Below, in pieces: positions 52,229-60,671 of a stretch of DNA of 64,000 nt (the stretch's first letter is position 1; each line of letters begins with the position of its first letter). Origin of the DNA: a virus. Lineage: Duplodnaviria; Heunggongvirae; Uroviricota; Caudoviricetes. Under the pieces are notes generated by a model that saw nothing but the letters and a program-made list of their open reading frames with translations, made no database searches and was not told the DNA's origin. Where the stretch lies: the IMG/VR virus record IMGVR_UViG_3300000976_000008, positions 344,350 to 408,349 of that record. One strand, given 5' to 3'. The translations under genes and the position numbers were made by a program.

Positions 52229-53710
52229 ATGTTGAAATCACTAAAAATCAAAGAGTCACATGAAGGATCTTTGTTGAAAAAGCAGAATGTGATTGGTACG
52301 GCAATTGGTGAAAAATGGAAAAATGGTGCAACCACCGGAAAAGAGGCTGTACTAGTTTTTGTAGAAGAGAAAATGGCTAAAGAGAAAGTAGCCAAAAAAT
52401 TCTCATCTTCAGATCTCGTCCCAAGTGACATCGAAGGAATTCCAACCGATGTGATCGAAGTTGGAGTAATAAAAAAGCACAACACCTCAAAAGTGAGACC
52501 AATTAGACCCGGTTTCAGCATCAGCCACAGAAAAATCACTGCTGGGACACTAGGAGGATTCTTCATCGATAAAGATGGAGATCCAGTATTACTCAGTAAC
52601 AATCATGTCATAGCCAATGAAAATTCAGCAAGAGCTGGTGATATTATCTACCAACCAGGAACAATGGATGCAAGAGGCAGTCTAATGTTCAAAGGATGGT
52701 CAGAGCCAATAGAAAAATTGCCATATATTGCTATGTTGAAAAAATTCGTCAGAATCAAGAGGAATGGTAATAATCAAGACTCCGCAATCGCCAAACTACA
52801 TCCAAGTATTGTCAGATTAGTAAATGACACATACCCCACGATAAACCAAAAATTATCTGGATTCGGCATTGCAAGAATTGGAACACAAGTCCAAAAAGAA
52901 GGAAGAACCACTGGCCATACTACCGGTAGAGTGATTGGTACGAATGCAACATTCACAGTTGGCTATGATTTTGGACCAGCACAATTTAGAAATTGTGTAG
53001 TAACAACAGCAATCAGTAAAGGAGGAGATTCCGGTAGTATAATATTCGATATGAATATGAAGGCTGTAGGATTATTATTCGCCGGTTCGCCAACAGTAAC
53101 AATTGCGAATCCAATGAACGTAGTACAAAGCCATTATGGTCTTAGACCATGGTCTCCAGATTCAATAAGAGTCCCAGATCCAATAGCAATGTTTGGACTT
53201 AGCTGGGAGAAAATGAAATCAGCATCTTCTAAATTAGAAAAGGTAGATGATATAATTACTATGGAGTCCGGAGCCAATCAATACTGTTATTACGAATCCG
53301 CGTTGCAAAAACCAATAAAATCAGTATCATGCACTATTAATACTGGTTCAGATGTAGGGGCAACTTGGGGACCAGGATTAGTAGTTGGATGGCCCAATGG
53401 AATGCTGAAAGTCAACTTAAGGAAAGAGACTTTTGGTGGATATTATAACAGCAATTATAATATCAGTGTTGGTGAAACGAAACCAAACACAAATTATCCA
53501 GTCAGAATTCGGAGATCACGCACCACATGGGTTGGCGAAGTGATGGATTCCAACAAGTGGTACACAGTAATAGAGGTACCGCTGAGCACTTTTCCAAATA
53601 ATCCAATTGTCGTTAGAGTTGGGAAAACAGCTCTACTCGGCGGTAACATCGATCACAATCCAATAGGTGATGTGGGAAGATGCACTATAAGCGATTTCAA
53701 GATTTCCTAA
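52229..53710 (+). CDS. Trypsin-like (S1/Nal1-type) serine protease with C-terminal beta domain
   Basis: GIPTDVIE, GTLG, SNNHV (His), DSAIA (Asp), GRTTG.T.G and GDSGS (Ser). Confidence 0.9.
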   Translation: MLKSLKIKESHEGSLLKKQNVIGTAIGEKWKNGATTGKEAVLVFVEEKMAKEKVAKKFSSSDLVPSDIEGIPTDVIEVGVIKKHNTSKVRPIRPGFSISHRKITAGTLGGFFIDKDGDPVLLSNNHVIANENSARAGDIIYQPGTMDARGSLMFKGWSEPIEKLPYIAMLKKFVRIKRNGNNQDSAIAKLHPSIVRLVNDTYPTINQKLSGFGIARIGTQVQKEGRTTGHTTGRVIGTNATFTVGYDFGPAQFRNCVVTTAISKGGDSGSIIFDMNMKAVGLLFAGSPTVTIANPMNVVQSHYGLRPWSPDSIRVPDPIAMFGLSWEKMKSASSKLEKVDDIITMESGANQYCYYESALQKPIKSVSCTINTGSDVGATWGPGLVVGWPNGMLKVNLRKETFGGYYNSNYNISVGETKPNTNYPVRIRRSRTTWVGEVMDSNKWYTVIEVPLSTFPNNPIVVRVGKTALLGGNIDHNPIGDVGRCTISDFKIS

Positions 53711-53898
53711 TCAGAATTCTTGAGATTCTTAAGTTGATGGCCAATAGCAAGAATAGCAGTATTTTTCGTATCGGTTTCGAGAATTAACTCACCGATTTGA
53801 ATTGCTAACAATTTGTCGACACGCAACAATAACCGCGTATCTAGTTCAAAGGCAGGCGGATCTTTCCGTGTGTCCTTCTTATCTTGAGGATTGTCCAT
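53707..53898 (-). CDS. Small hypothetical protein
   Basis: AGGG SD, 63 aa. Confidence 0.55.
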   Translation of the reverse strand: MDNPQDKKDTRKDPPAFELDTRLLLRVDKLLAIQIGELILETDTKNTAILAIGHQLKNLKNSD

Positions 53899-54004
53899 TG
53901 TTTCCCTACAAATCTATTTATTAAAACGATGGTCTAGTTTACACCATCATTGGTTTAAAAAAGATTTGCTGGTAAATCCCGCAGATACCCCGTTTTAACT
54001 AATT

Positions 54005-55363
54005 TTACGTTACGGGTTCAGGAATCCAAGACTCATCGATCCATTTATGAGTAACAAATTCCAATGGTTCTTGCCCAGGTCTACTCCTCAACTGAAGTAT
54101 ATGTGAGTTTTCCTCACCTATCACATCGAGCAAGTCATTTAAGTGAGGAGTAGGACCATGAGTCATACCATATCCAGTATCACTCTCTATTCCTATTGCG
54201 TAAACAGTATCTGGTCTGTTTTCTCCTTCTGTTCGCGGCTCTCCATCTCTAGCCCAAGAAGCGAGATATGTCTTATTGATTGCATAGGCATATCCGGTGT
54301 TGCCAGCTCTCAATTCTGGTGGGACATGAACAGATTCATTATTACGAACATCATCCATTGCTGCATCAATAGCATAGTATGCCGCTTTATTCCTTTCACT
54401 CATAGCCATCTCAACAGTTGCTTGAGCCATTGGGATACGACATTCTGGCATCCCTGTTCTCTCAGTAGCAAAACAAGCAGCCATTGCTGTAGTCATCGCA
54501 TATGGATTACCTGAGCAGTCCTCAAAGGCAGTAATCAACATACGCCTACAAATATATGCAGGATCTTCACCAGAGAGAATCCATTTCGCTAACCAATATA
54601 TCGCACCATCAACATCTGAATTCTGTATCGCTTCTTGGTAGCAATGAGCTAAATCAAAGTGATCATTTCCTTTAGAATCGAATACTATATGCTTATCAGG
54701 AATAGCAACCTCTATATGCTCCCTAGATATAGTATCATCATCTATCAGAACTTTTATGCAAGTCTCCAGAACAGTAATTGCTTTTCGAGCGTCACCACTA
54801 CAACGAGTTGCAAGCAATAGAGCAGCATCTTTACTTATAGTCAGATTTCTCCCATTCGCTTTATAATGAGATTTCACCCTCATTATCAATTTCAACATAT
54901 CCTCTTTCTTCAACGGTTCTGCTTCCATAACCAAGCAGCGAGAAAGAATTGTTGAATTTACAGCGAAACCAGGATTCTCAGTTGTGGCACCAAATAGAGT
55001 AACAGTACCCATTTCAACAGCGGGTAACATTATATCTTGTTGTGATTTACTCCACCGATGAACTTCATCAACAAACAAGATTGTTCGATGTTCTGATTTC
55101 TCAGCAGCAGTTATTGTGGCTCTCAGGTCTTTAACTGTAGCCTTAGTCGCATTCAATTGGCGAAAATTAGAATCTGTTTCGTTGGCTAAACATCGAACTA
55201 TTGAGGTCTTGCCTATACCAGGAGGTCCCCAGATTATCGTACTTTGATATTCTTTCGTCTCTACCATCCTTCTCAGCAATTTTCCCTTACCAAGAAGGTG
55301 TGATTGCCCTATTATATCATCTAAAACGTTGGGGCGAAGGGCGGCTGCTAATGGCAAACTCAA
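54005..55363 (-). CDS. rarA: Replication-associated recombination protein A (RarA/MgsA AAA+ ATPase)
   Basis: PLAAALRP...IGQSHL, WGPPGIGKTS, LFVDEVHR, GATTENP, GDAR, GEDP and GMPE. Confidence 0.95.
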   Translation of the reverse strand: MSLPLAAALRPNVLDDIIGQSHLLGKGKLLRRMVETKEYQSTIIWGPPGIGKTSIVRCLANETDSNFRQLNATKATVKDLRATITAAEKSEHRTILFVDEVHRWSKSQQDIMLPAVEMGTVTLFGATTENPGFAVNSTILSRCLVMEAEPLKKEDMLKLIMRVKSHYKANGRNLTISKDAALLLATRCSGDARKAITVLETCIKVLIDDDTISREHIEVAIPDKHIVFDSKGNDHFDLAHCYQEAIQNSDVDGAIYWLAKWILSGEDPAYICRRMLITAFEDCSGNPYAMTTAMAACFATERTGMPECRIPMAQATVEMAMSERNKAAYYAIDAAMDDVRNNESVHVPPELRAGNTGYAYAINKTYLASWARDGEPRTEGENRPDTVYAIGIESDTGYGMTHGPTPHLNDLLDVIGEENSHILQLRSRPGQEPLEFVTHKWIDESWIPEPVT

Positions 55364-56019
55364 AACGGAACGTCCTGATTTTTCTTAGTTAAAGTTGCTA
55401 TCCCTTTAAGCACGGATTCAAAGCCTTGTTGGGAAATCTTCTGTTCTTCGAATATCTTACCAGCATTTGTATCGGTAATATCGTAAGCTTCATTCCAAAT
55501 CGGTTTTGCGAGTTTATCGATTTGTGCTACATCTGCTTCGCCAACAACGAAACTTACATCTGTCCAGCTTGAGTCAGTAAAGTTTCTTCCTCCAGTGACA
55601 CCAATCACACCACTAGAATATTCAAATATTGCTGATTTCAGATGCAACTCAGTCGTCATTTTCCAATTGAATTCAGGAAAGAATTCAGCATGGTTGACGT
55701 GTCTGAGAAGCGTGCGAACATACTTCTTTTCGCAATCGAGACAAGCCGTTCTATCTCCACAACTCCTATAATTGGCGACTCCTACCAATATATTGACATC
55801 TGGGAGTTTTCTCATCGACTCTACAATATCACGAGTCGCAAGTCTATAATCATCTCCCCATTCAGTAGTATCTCTACCATCGTAGGTAATTCCAAGATAA
55901 GTCCCAAAAGTTGAGATGAAGACTCTTTTTGGCTTTTTAGCTACACACTTTTGCAAAAATTTGTTGTGTTGCTTGATATCTAGGAACATTTTCATCTTAG
56001 ATCCCTCCACCATTCTCAA
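55360..56019 (-). CDS. Phospholipase D/nuclease superfamily protein (single HxK motif)
   Basis: LHLKSAIFE...VTGGRNFT; start probably MKMFLDIK. Confidence 0.7.
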   Translation of the reverse strand: MRMVEGSKMKMFLDIKQHNKFLQKCVAKKPKRVFISTFGTYLGITYDGRDTTEWGDDYRLATRDIVESMRKLPDVNILVGVANYRSCGDRTACLDCEKKYVRTLLRHVNHAEFFPEFNWKMTTELHLKSAIFEYSSGVIGVTGGRNFTDSSWTDVSFVVGEADVAQIDKLAKPIWNEAYDITDTNAGKIFEEQKISQQGFESVLKGIATLTKKNQDVPF

Positions 56020-56272
56020 AGAGATCAGGAATTGGAGTTAGAACTAAATCAATAGAGAAATGATCGGCCAAATGTTCAAGCACATCATAAATGGAAGAAT
56101 GATAATTTTTGTAAATTGAATTAGGAGAGGGATCTGCTGGCCCACGTCGATTTTTGAGCACCCTAAATTTACCAAAACTATTCACAACTGCTCTATAATC
56201 AGAGTCAAATTTCAATCTTGCATTTGCATTAGCTTTACTCTCATCTAGCACAACTACAACTAAGCTCATCAT
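55997..56272 (-). CDS. Hypothetical protein
   Basis: Starts 11 nt downstream of the rRNA-mimic element. Confidence 0.55.
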   Translation of the reverse strand: MMSLVVVVLDESKANANARLKFDSDYRAVVNSFGKFRVLKNRRGPADPSPNSIYKNYHSSIYDVLEHLADHFSIDLVLTPIPDLFENGGGI

Positions 56273-56282
56273 AATCCTAAAA

Positions 56283-56592
56283 AATGGTGTGCTGTTACGC
56301 CAAAGGGCACGCGGTCAATTCCGCTGGCTACTAGATCATCCCTCAAAATCATGAAGTCACTAGTACGTTGATTAGCCTGAATGATACAGAGGTCACATCG
56401 AAGATCTTTGTCACAGGTTGATCTCACAAACCCGGCCAAAAACCAATACAACAAGAGCATTGGCAGTGTCAGAACTAACTCTGTTCTGAAATTACAATGG
56501 TGGGGTTACGATTGACGTTACGATACTAACACACTCTGTATCCTAATCGCCCACTCTTTAAATGATGGCTGCTCCTAAGCCCACATCCCATT
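56283..56592 (-). ncRNA. Structured RNA: split mimic of the 23S rRNA GTPase-associated centre (H43/H44, uL11 site) with 252-nt insert
   Basis: 5' half AAUGG-GAUGUGGGCUUAGGAGCAGCCAUCAUUUAAAGAGU (56592-56553) and 3' half GCGUAACAGCACA-CCAUU (56300-56283) join to 58 nt. 42/48 positions match E. coli 23S 1056-1103 as recalled, with a fully compensated closing helix. Confidence 0.8.
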
Positions 56593-56596
56593 AGAA

Positions 56597-56780
56597 AGGT
56601 GTCTGGTTGGGCTAAAGCCACAATTTCCCAACCAGACGAGAAATGATCTACCTAACGTCTAATCGGTAGAAGAGACACCCGATCAATTCACCATACCAAC
56701 AGCTAACGCAAGGTGGCGGTAATAGTGAATCTATTGCAAACCATCGTGACTAGATCGCAAGAAATGTATGTCGCCACCCG
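56597..56780 (-). other. Highly structured non-coding leader upstream of the rRNA mimic
   Basis: Stems GGUGGCG/CGCCACC, AUUCACUAU/AUGGUGAAU, UCUACC/GGUAGA, GUCUGGUUGGG/CCCAACCAGAC and GGUGUCU/AGACACC. Confidence 0.55.
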
Positions 56781-56800
56781 TCCCATCCCTCAAATACAGA

Positions 56801-56833
56801 GAACGCCTCCGAGCCGGAATCTCGGAGGCGTTC
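56801..56833 (-). terminator. Intrinsic terminator-like hairpin
   Basis: Perfect 13-bp stem GAACGCCTCCGAG/CTCGGAGGCGTTC, followed on - by TCTGTATTT. Confidence 0.7.
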
Positions 56834-56912
56834 AATATGCAACTCGGTTCATCTCAAAACCGAAGCACCAGGTCCGTCTGATATTTAAATACGTCCGTAT
56901 TACCAATCAGAA

Positions 56913-57374
56913 TTACACGAGCATAAAATCGTGGTTTTCTGCAATTGCAACACTCACTTGGTGTGGATCACCAAGACGTACATCATCCAGTGCTGCGAAT
57001 CCCATTTCTCTAGCCTGATCCCAAGTAATTCTCTGACGCTTCTTGCGAGCAGACATCTTGGCACGACGTGCCATAGTTCGAGCCAGACCCCTACGGTATC
57101 CTCGATCCTGATCGCCCTTCTTACTATCATCGTATCTCTGAGTGACGTATTGGACAGCTTGTTGTCCATCATCAGGATCGAAGCAAGAAATAAGGGTTGG
57201 GAGAAGCTCAATCAGTACAGTGACAATGCTGCCAGCATTCAGACCCATCATCTTCTCATTGCTCTCAAGACGTTGAGCAATCATGTGTGCACGAGCTTCT
57301 GTTTGCACACCTACGGGCTTAGCGTACTTCATGGAACTCATCTTCATGGATTCCATCAGTTTTTCTTCATCCAT
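56913..57374 (-). CDS. Hypothetical protein
   Basis: GGAG SD; hydrophobic IVTVLIELLPTLISC segment. Confidence 0.65.
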   Translation of the reverse strand: MDEEKLMESMKMSSMKYAKPVGVQTEARAHMIAQRLESNEKMMGLNAGSIVTVLIELLPTLISCFDPDDGQQAVQYVTQRYDDSKKGDQDRGYRRGLARTMARRAKMSARKKRQRITWDQAREMGFAALDDVRLGDPHQVSVAIAENHDFMLV

Positions 57375-57408
57375 TGTGACTCTCCAAAGTTTACGGACTT
57401 CGGATTAT

Positions 57409-57831
57409 CTACTTTGATAAGGCACTTTCACTTAGATGAAGGGTTCGCTCTACTTGACGCTTTTCAGTGCAATACTGTTTCCTCAAGCCTGCCAACCGTT
57501 CTACAGTTGGCATTGCAAATTTATCTGAGACTTTACTCAAACTCATAACGAAGAACGCTTGCTCGATATATTCACCATCATTCGGTAAAAGTTTCATGAC
57601 TCCAAAGACTTGAAGAACTCTGCTTACATCATTCAAATAGAATGATTTAATCCCAACAGCATTGATTTCTTCAAGTGCACCAACAATCAGGTCATAAAAT
57701 TCAACACCATGAGGAGTCACAGGATTCATTTCCAATGTTGCCTCTTGAAAAATAGAACGCACTTCTTTGCGTTTTTTCTCATTATAACCGCCAGAAATGA
57801 CGTGCAAGTAATTTTCGTGTGTTGAAGCCAT
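57409..57831 (-). CDS. Hypothetical protein
   Basis: ORF in the thyX operon. Confidence 0.6.
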   Translation of the reverse strand: MASTHENYLHVISGGYNEKKRKEVRSIFQEATLEMNPVTPHGVEFYDLIVGALEEINAVGIKSFYLNDVSRVLQVFGVMKLLPNDGEYIEQAFFVMSLSKVSDKFAMPTVERLAGLRKQYCTEKRQVERTLHLSESALSK

Positions 57832-57846
57832 TTTGTTCTTTCAAGA

Positions 57847-58194
57847 TCAAAGAGAGGAGATGCCTTCGATGACAACAAGACTTTCATTCTTAGGAACAAA
57901 TTTCGGGATTCTATAAAAATTATTATTAGCCATCGAAAAAGTTCCAACGTAATCGCCATCATCATAAGTGAATTCAGATTCAACCATTACATTGCCATAA
58001 GAATCATGGGTGGTTTTATCACTTATTGGACTAGTATATCTAGCTATGAGAATATTCGTTTCATTCGGATTCTCTAAGCCGTTTGTGTCCATCCAGATCC
58101 TAGTAGAAGGCCGACAATAACAATATGCACTCGTTGTGAGAGTTTTGATATCAACGTCGGTCACAGCTAATACTCTGAAAGACCTAAATTTCAT
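57847..58194 (-). CDS. Hypothetical protein
   Basis: Coupled to thyX. Confidence 0.55.
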   Translation of the reverse strand: MKFRSFRVLAVTDVDIKTLTTSAYCYCRPSTRIWMDTNGLENPNETNILIARYTSPISDKTTHDSYGNVMVESEFTYDDGDYVGTFSMANNNFYRIPKFVPKNESLVVIEGISSL

Positions 58195-59081
58195 AAAATC
58201 CCAAGATCCATTAGTTTAGAACGACATTCATCTCGTTCTCTACAACGTTTCAAATTCTTCCAAGACGAATCTTGAGCTTTGAGGAAAGCTTCCTCATCAA
58301 AAGGTGCTCCAGATTCCATCAAACGAGCAATGACACCCTTATCCAACCGGGTAAGGAACATAGAACCCATTCTATAATCTTCGAAAGCTTCCCAAACGAC
58401 CGGGAACAGAGGCTTAATTATCTCATTACCAATAGTTGTGGCATACTCTCGTATTTCAGTTTGAGCATGAGAATCCATTCTCAAGCTCAGGAAATGACAC
58501 AAATTATGTAAGTCTACTTTCCAATACGCTTCCGTATATGTCGAAAGTGGTAAGTCTTTACGTGCCTGCTCCCTAGCGATCCCCTTATTGATACGGCTAT
58601 CATAGACAGACTTAATCTTCGATTGAAGCTCCATCTCTTCAATTGATAAAGATTCTCCATCCTCTATAGATAAGAATCCATCACTACCTTGTCTATTCGA
58701 TGAAGCTTGTTTCCTCCACATTCCTGGAGGAGTTTTTTGAGCAGCATCAATAGCTAATGAATACCTAGTGCTATATTCATTAATATTGGCAGTTCTATGT
58801 CTTGCCCATTGTCTCCAACAATCCATTGGAACTCTTACAAGAATCTTAACTTCTGCCATTTCAAATGGAGTAGTATGGCGATGGCGAAGCAAATACCTGA
58901 TGAGGGTTCGGTCATCAGAAACTTTTTTGGTTCCTTGCCCATAACTGACGCGAGCAGCTTGGACGATAGAACTGTCATCGCCCATTACGTCAACTAAGCA
59001 AACAAAGCCATCATCAAGAACTTGGAACTTCTTCCAACGTAATTCTTCTAGCATTCTTCCTCGCTCCAAGTATAAATCCAT
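58191..59081 (-). CDS. thyX: FAD-dependent thymidylate synthase
   Basis: AARVSY, HTTPFE, RQWARHRTANINEYSTRY, REQARKDLP and LRMDSHAQTEIR; start may be the second Met (59054). Confidence 0.97.
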   Translation of the reverse strand: MDLYLERGRMLEELRWKKFQVLDDGFVCLVDVMGDDSSIVQAARVSYGQGTKKVSDDRTLIRYLLRHRHTTPFEMAEVKILVRVPMDCWRQWARHRTANINEYSTRYSLAIDAAQKTPPGMWRKQASSNRQGSDGFLSIEDGESLSIEEMELQSKIKSVYDSRINKGIAREQARKDLPLSTYTEAYWKVDLHNLCHFLSLRMDSHAQTEIREYATTIGNEIIKPLFPVVWEAFEDYRMGSMFLTRLDKGVIARLMESGAPFDEEAFLKAQDSSWKNLKRCRERDECRSKLMDLGIL

Positions 59082-59086
59082 TTACT

Positions 59087-59127
59087 TTTAGATCGTAGGC
59101 CATCTGATTGACAGCCTACGATCTAAA
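59087..59127. promoter_or_regulatory. 14-bp stem-loop upstream of thyX
   Basis: TTTAGATCGTAGGC / GCCTACGATCTAAA. Confidence 0.55.
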
Positions 59128-59150
59128 TGTTAATCAACTTCTCAGCAATA

Positions 59151-59966
59151 CTACTTGCAAGGAAGATTCAATTTGACAAAAGCAGTGTGGTCTTTGACCA
59201 AAGAGAACCCCGTCCTAGTGTCTTCGTGGCCCGAAGATTTAACGCTTGGTGCGGGTGGACCCAGTAGCTTTCTAACTGGCTCGACGGGCAACCCGATAGA
59301 AGGGACGGCCTGAGGATAGGCAGTAGTAGATGCTCCGTTGATGACACTAACAACAGGTGCCTGAATTGGCTTCGCCACAACTGGAACTTGGTTCACAACA
59401 ACTGGTGCAGGGCTAGTAAATTGTTGACCATGAACAATAGGAGCAACATTCACCGCCTGAGAAAATTGCTGCCCACCATATCCAGCATTGAAAGCCTGAA
59501 TTGGTTGTTGGATAAATTGCTGGTTGCAAGGAGCATTGAAAGCCTGAACCTGCTGCTTCACGAACTGTGGCTGAAGAGCGAACTGTGGCTGAACGGCGAA
59601 TTGCTTGATTTGTTGGACTTGCTGAACACACTGAAATTGTTGTTGCCTGACTAATTGTTGTTGAACACAGCCGAATTGCTGTTGGACACAACCGAGTTGC
59701 TGCTGGGCACAACCGAATTGCTGCTGGGCACAACCGAATTGCTGCTGGGCACAACCACCAAACAACGCTTGGCGTCTCTGAACTCGAAGCGGTACTCGAA
59801 TCGCTCGTGCTCGACGAAGACGAAATCTCTGAGCACGAAGACCTTGGAAACCGCAAGCATTATTGAAAGCGAAATTTCCTAGAAATCCTCTTCGACCAGC
59901 ATCAGCAACATTACACGGCAACAGCAACAGTGTGGTAAGAATTCCTACCAATAGCTTCTTAAACAT
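59151..59966 (-). CDS. Secreted Gln-rich protein with GC(A/V)QQQ(F/L) repeats
   Basis: Signal peptide MFKKLLVGILTTLLLLPCNVADA; five 21-bp repeats at ~59652-59756. Confidence 0.75.
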   Translation of the reverse strand: MFKKLLVGILTTLLLLPCNVADAGRRGFLGNFAFNNACGFQGLRAQRFRLRRARAIRVPLRVQRRQALFGGCAQQQFGCAQQQFGCAQQQLGCVQQQFGCVQQQLVRQQQFQCVQQVQQIKQFAVQPQFALQPQFVKQQVQAFNAPCNQQFIQQPIQAFNAGYGGQQFSQAVNVAPIVHGQQFTSPAPVVVNQVPVVAKPIQAPVVSVINGASTTAYPQAVPSIGLPVEPVRKLLGPPAPSVKSSGHEDTRTGFSLVKDHTAFVKLNLPCK

Positions 59967-60068
59967 GGATGGTTCCTTTGGGGGTACTAGATTCTCCTTT
60001 AAATACGCTTGAAGCCTGGCTGCTGAACAACCAGGCTTCAAAAAATTCAACAGCCAACAAAAGAAGGT

Positions 60069-60582
60069 CTATCGTCGACTACGTCCTCGACCGCCACCAA
60101 ACAATTGCTGCCGCTGCCGGAATCTCTGATCTAGCAGACGTGATTGCAATCTGAAGTTCACAACATCTCCAACAATTCCAAGCAATCCTCGACCAGCACT
60201 TTGTCTCTGCGGTTGGACTACTCGCTGAATCACTGGCTGCTGCACAACACGCTGAATAACTGGACGTTGAACCACACGCTGAACAACTGGTTGAACTCGA
60301 TGTTGTACGACTCGCTGAACTACCGGACGCTGCACAACTTTCTGTTGTACGATGTTGTACGACTCTCTGGACCACCGGTCTCTGCACAACACGTTGTTGT
60401 ACTACTTTCTGGACCACTGGACGCTGTACGAATTGCTGCACTCTCTGAACGTGCTGCTGAACTTGCTGCACTCTCTGAACGTGCTGCACCTGTTGAACCT
60501 GCTGGACTTGCTCGACGAAGCAATGATCCCCAGCATTAGCGGCTCCAGTAGCAACTAGTGCTACCAAAACAAAATTCTTCAT
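60069..60582 (-). pseudogene. Secreted Val/Gln-repeat protein interrupted by a frameshift
   Basis: Signal peptide plus VQQ/VVQR repeats that continue in another frame after TCGTACAACA x2 (60343-60362). Confidence 0.7.
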
Positions 60583-60671
60583 GGATAGTCTCCTTGGACA
60601 TGATCAATGCGTATGGTATCTTTTGAAGGAGACAACTATCATTCAAATCAGAATATGGACAAATAGTAACA

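Noticed and set aside
56269-56460. 63-aa ORF MLLLYWFLAG...
   Set aside because: It lies inside the structured RNA and has no SD or recognisable protein features.
56301-56552. Group I intron (exon ends in U, insert ends in G)
   Set aside because: The boundaries fit formally, but I could not find P7 R/S-type core motifs or a P1 internal guide, and the insert closes with its own terminal helix. An RT-PCR splicing test would settle it.
56283-56592. True rRNA gene or host rRNA contamination
   Set aside because: Only the 58-nt domain is present, split in two, with a re-coded closing helix and no flanking 23S sequence.
56283-56600. tRNA or tmRNA (ends in ...CACCA)
   Set aside because: No T-loop GTTCRA, acceptor stem or tag reading frame is visible.
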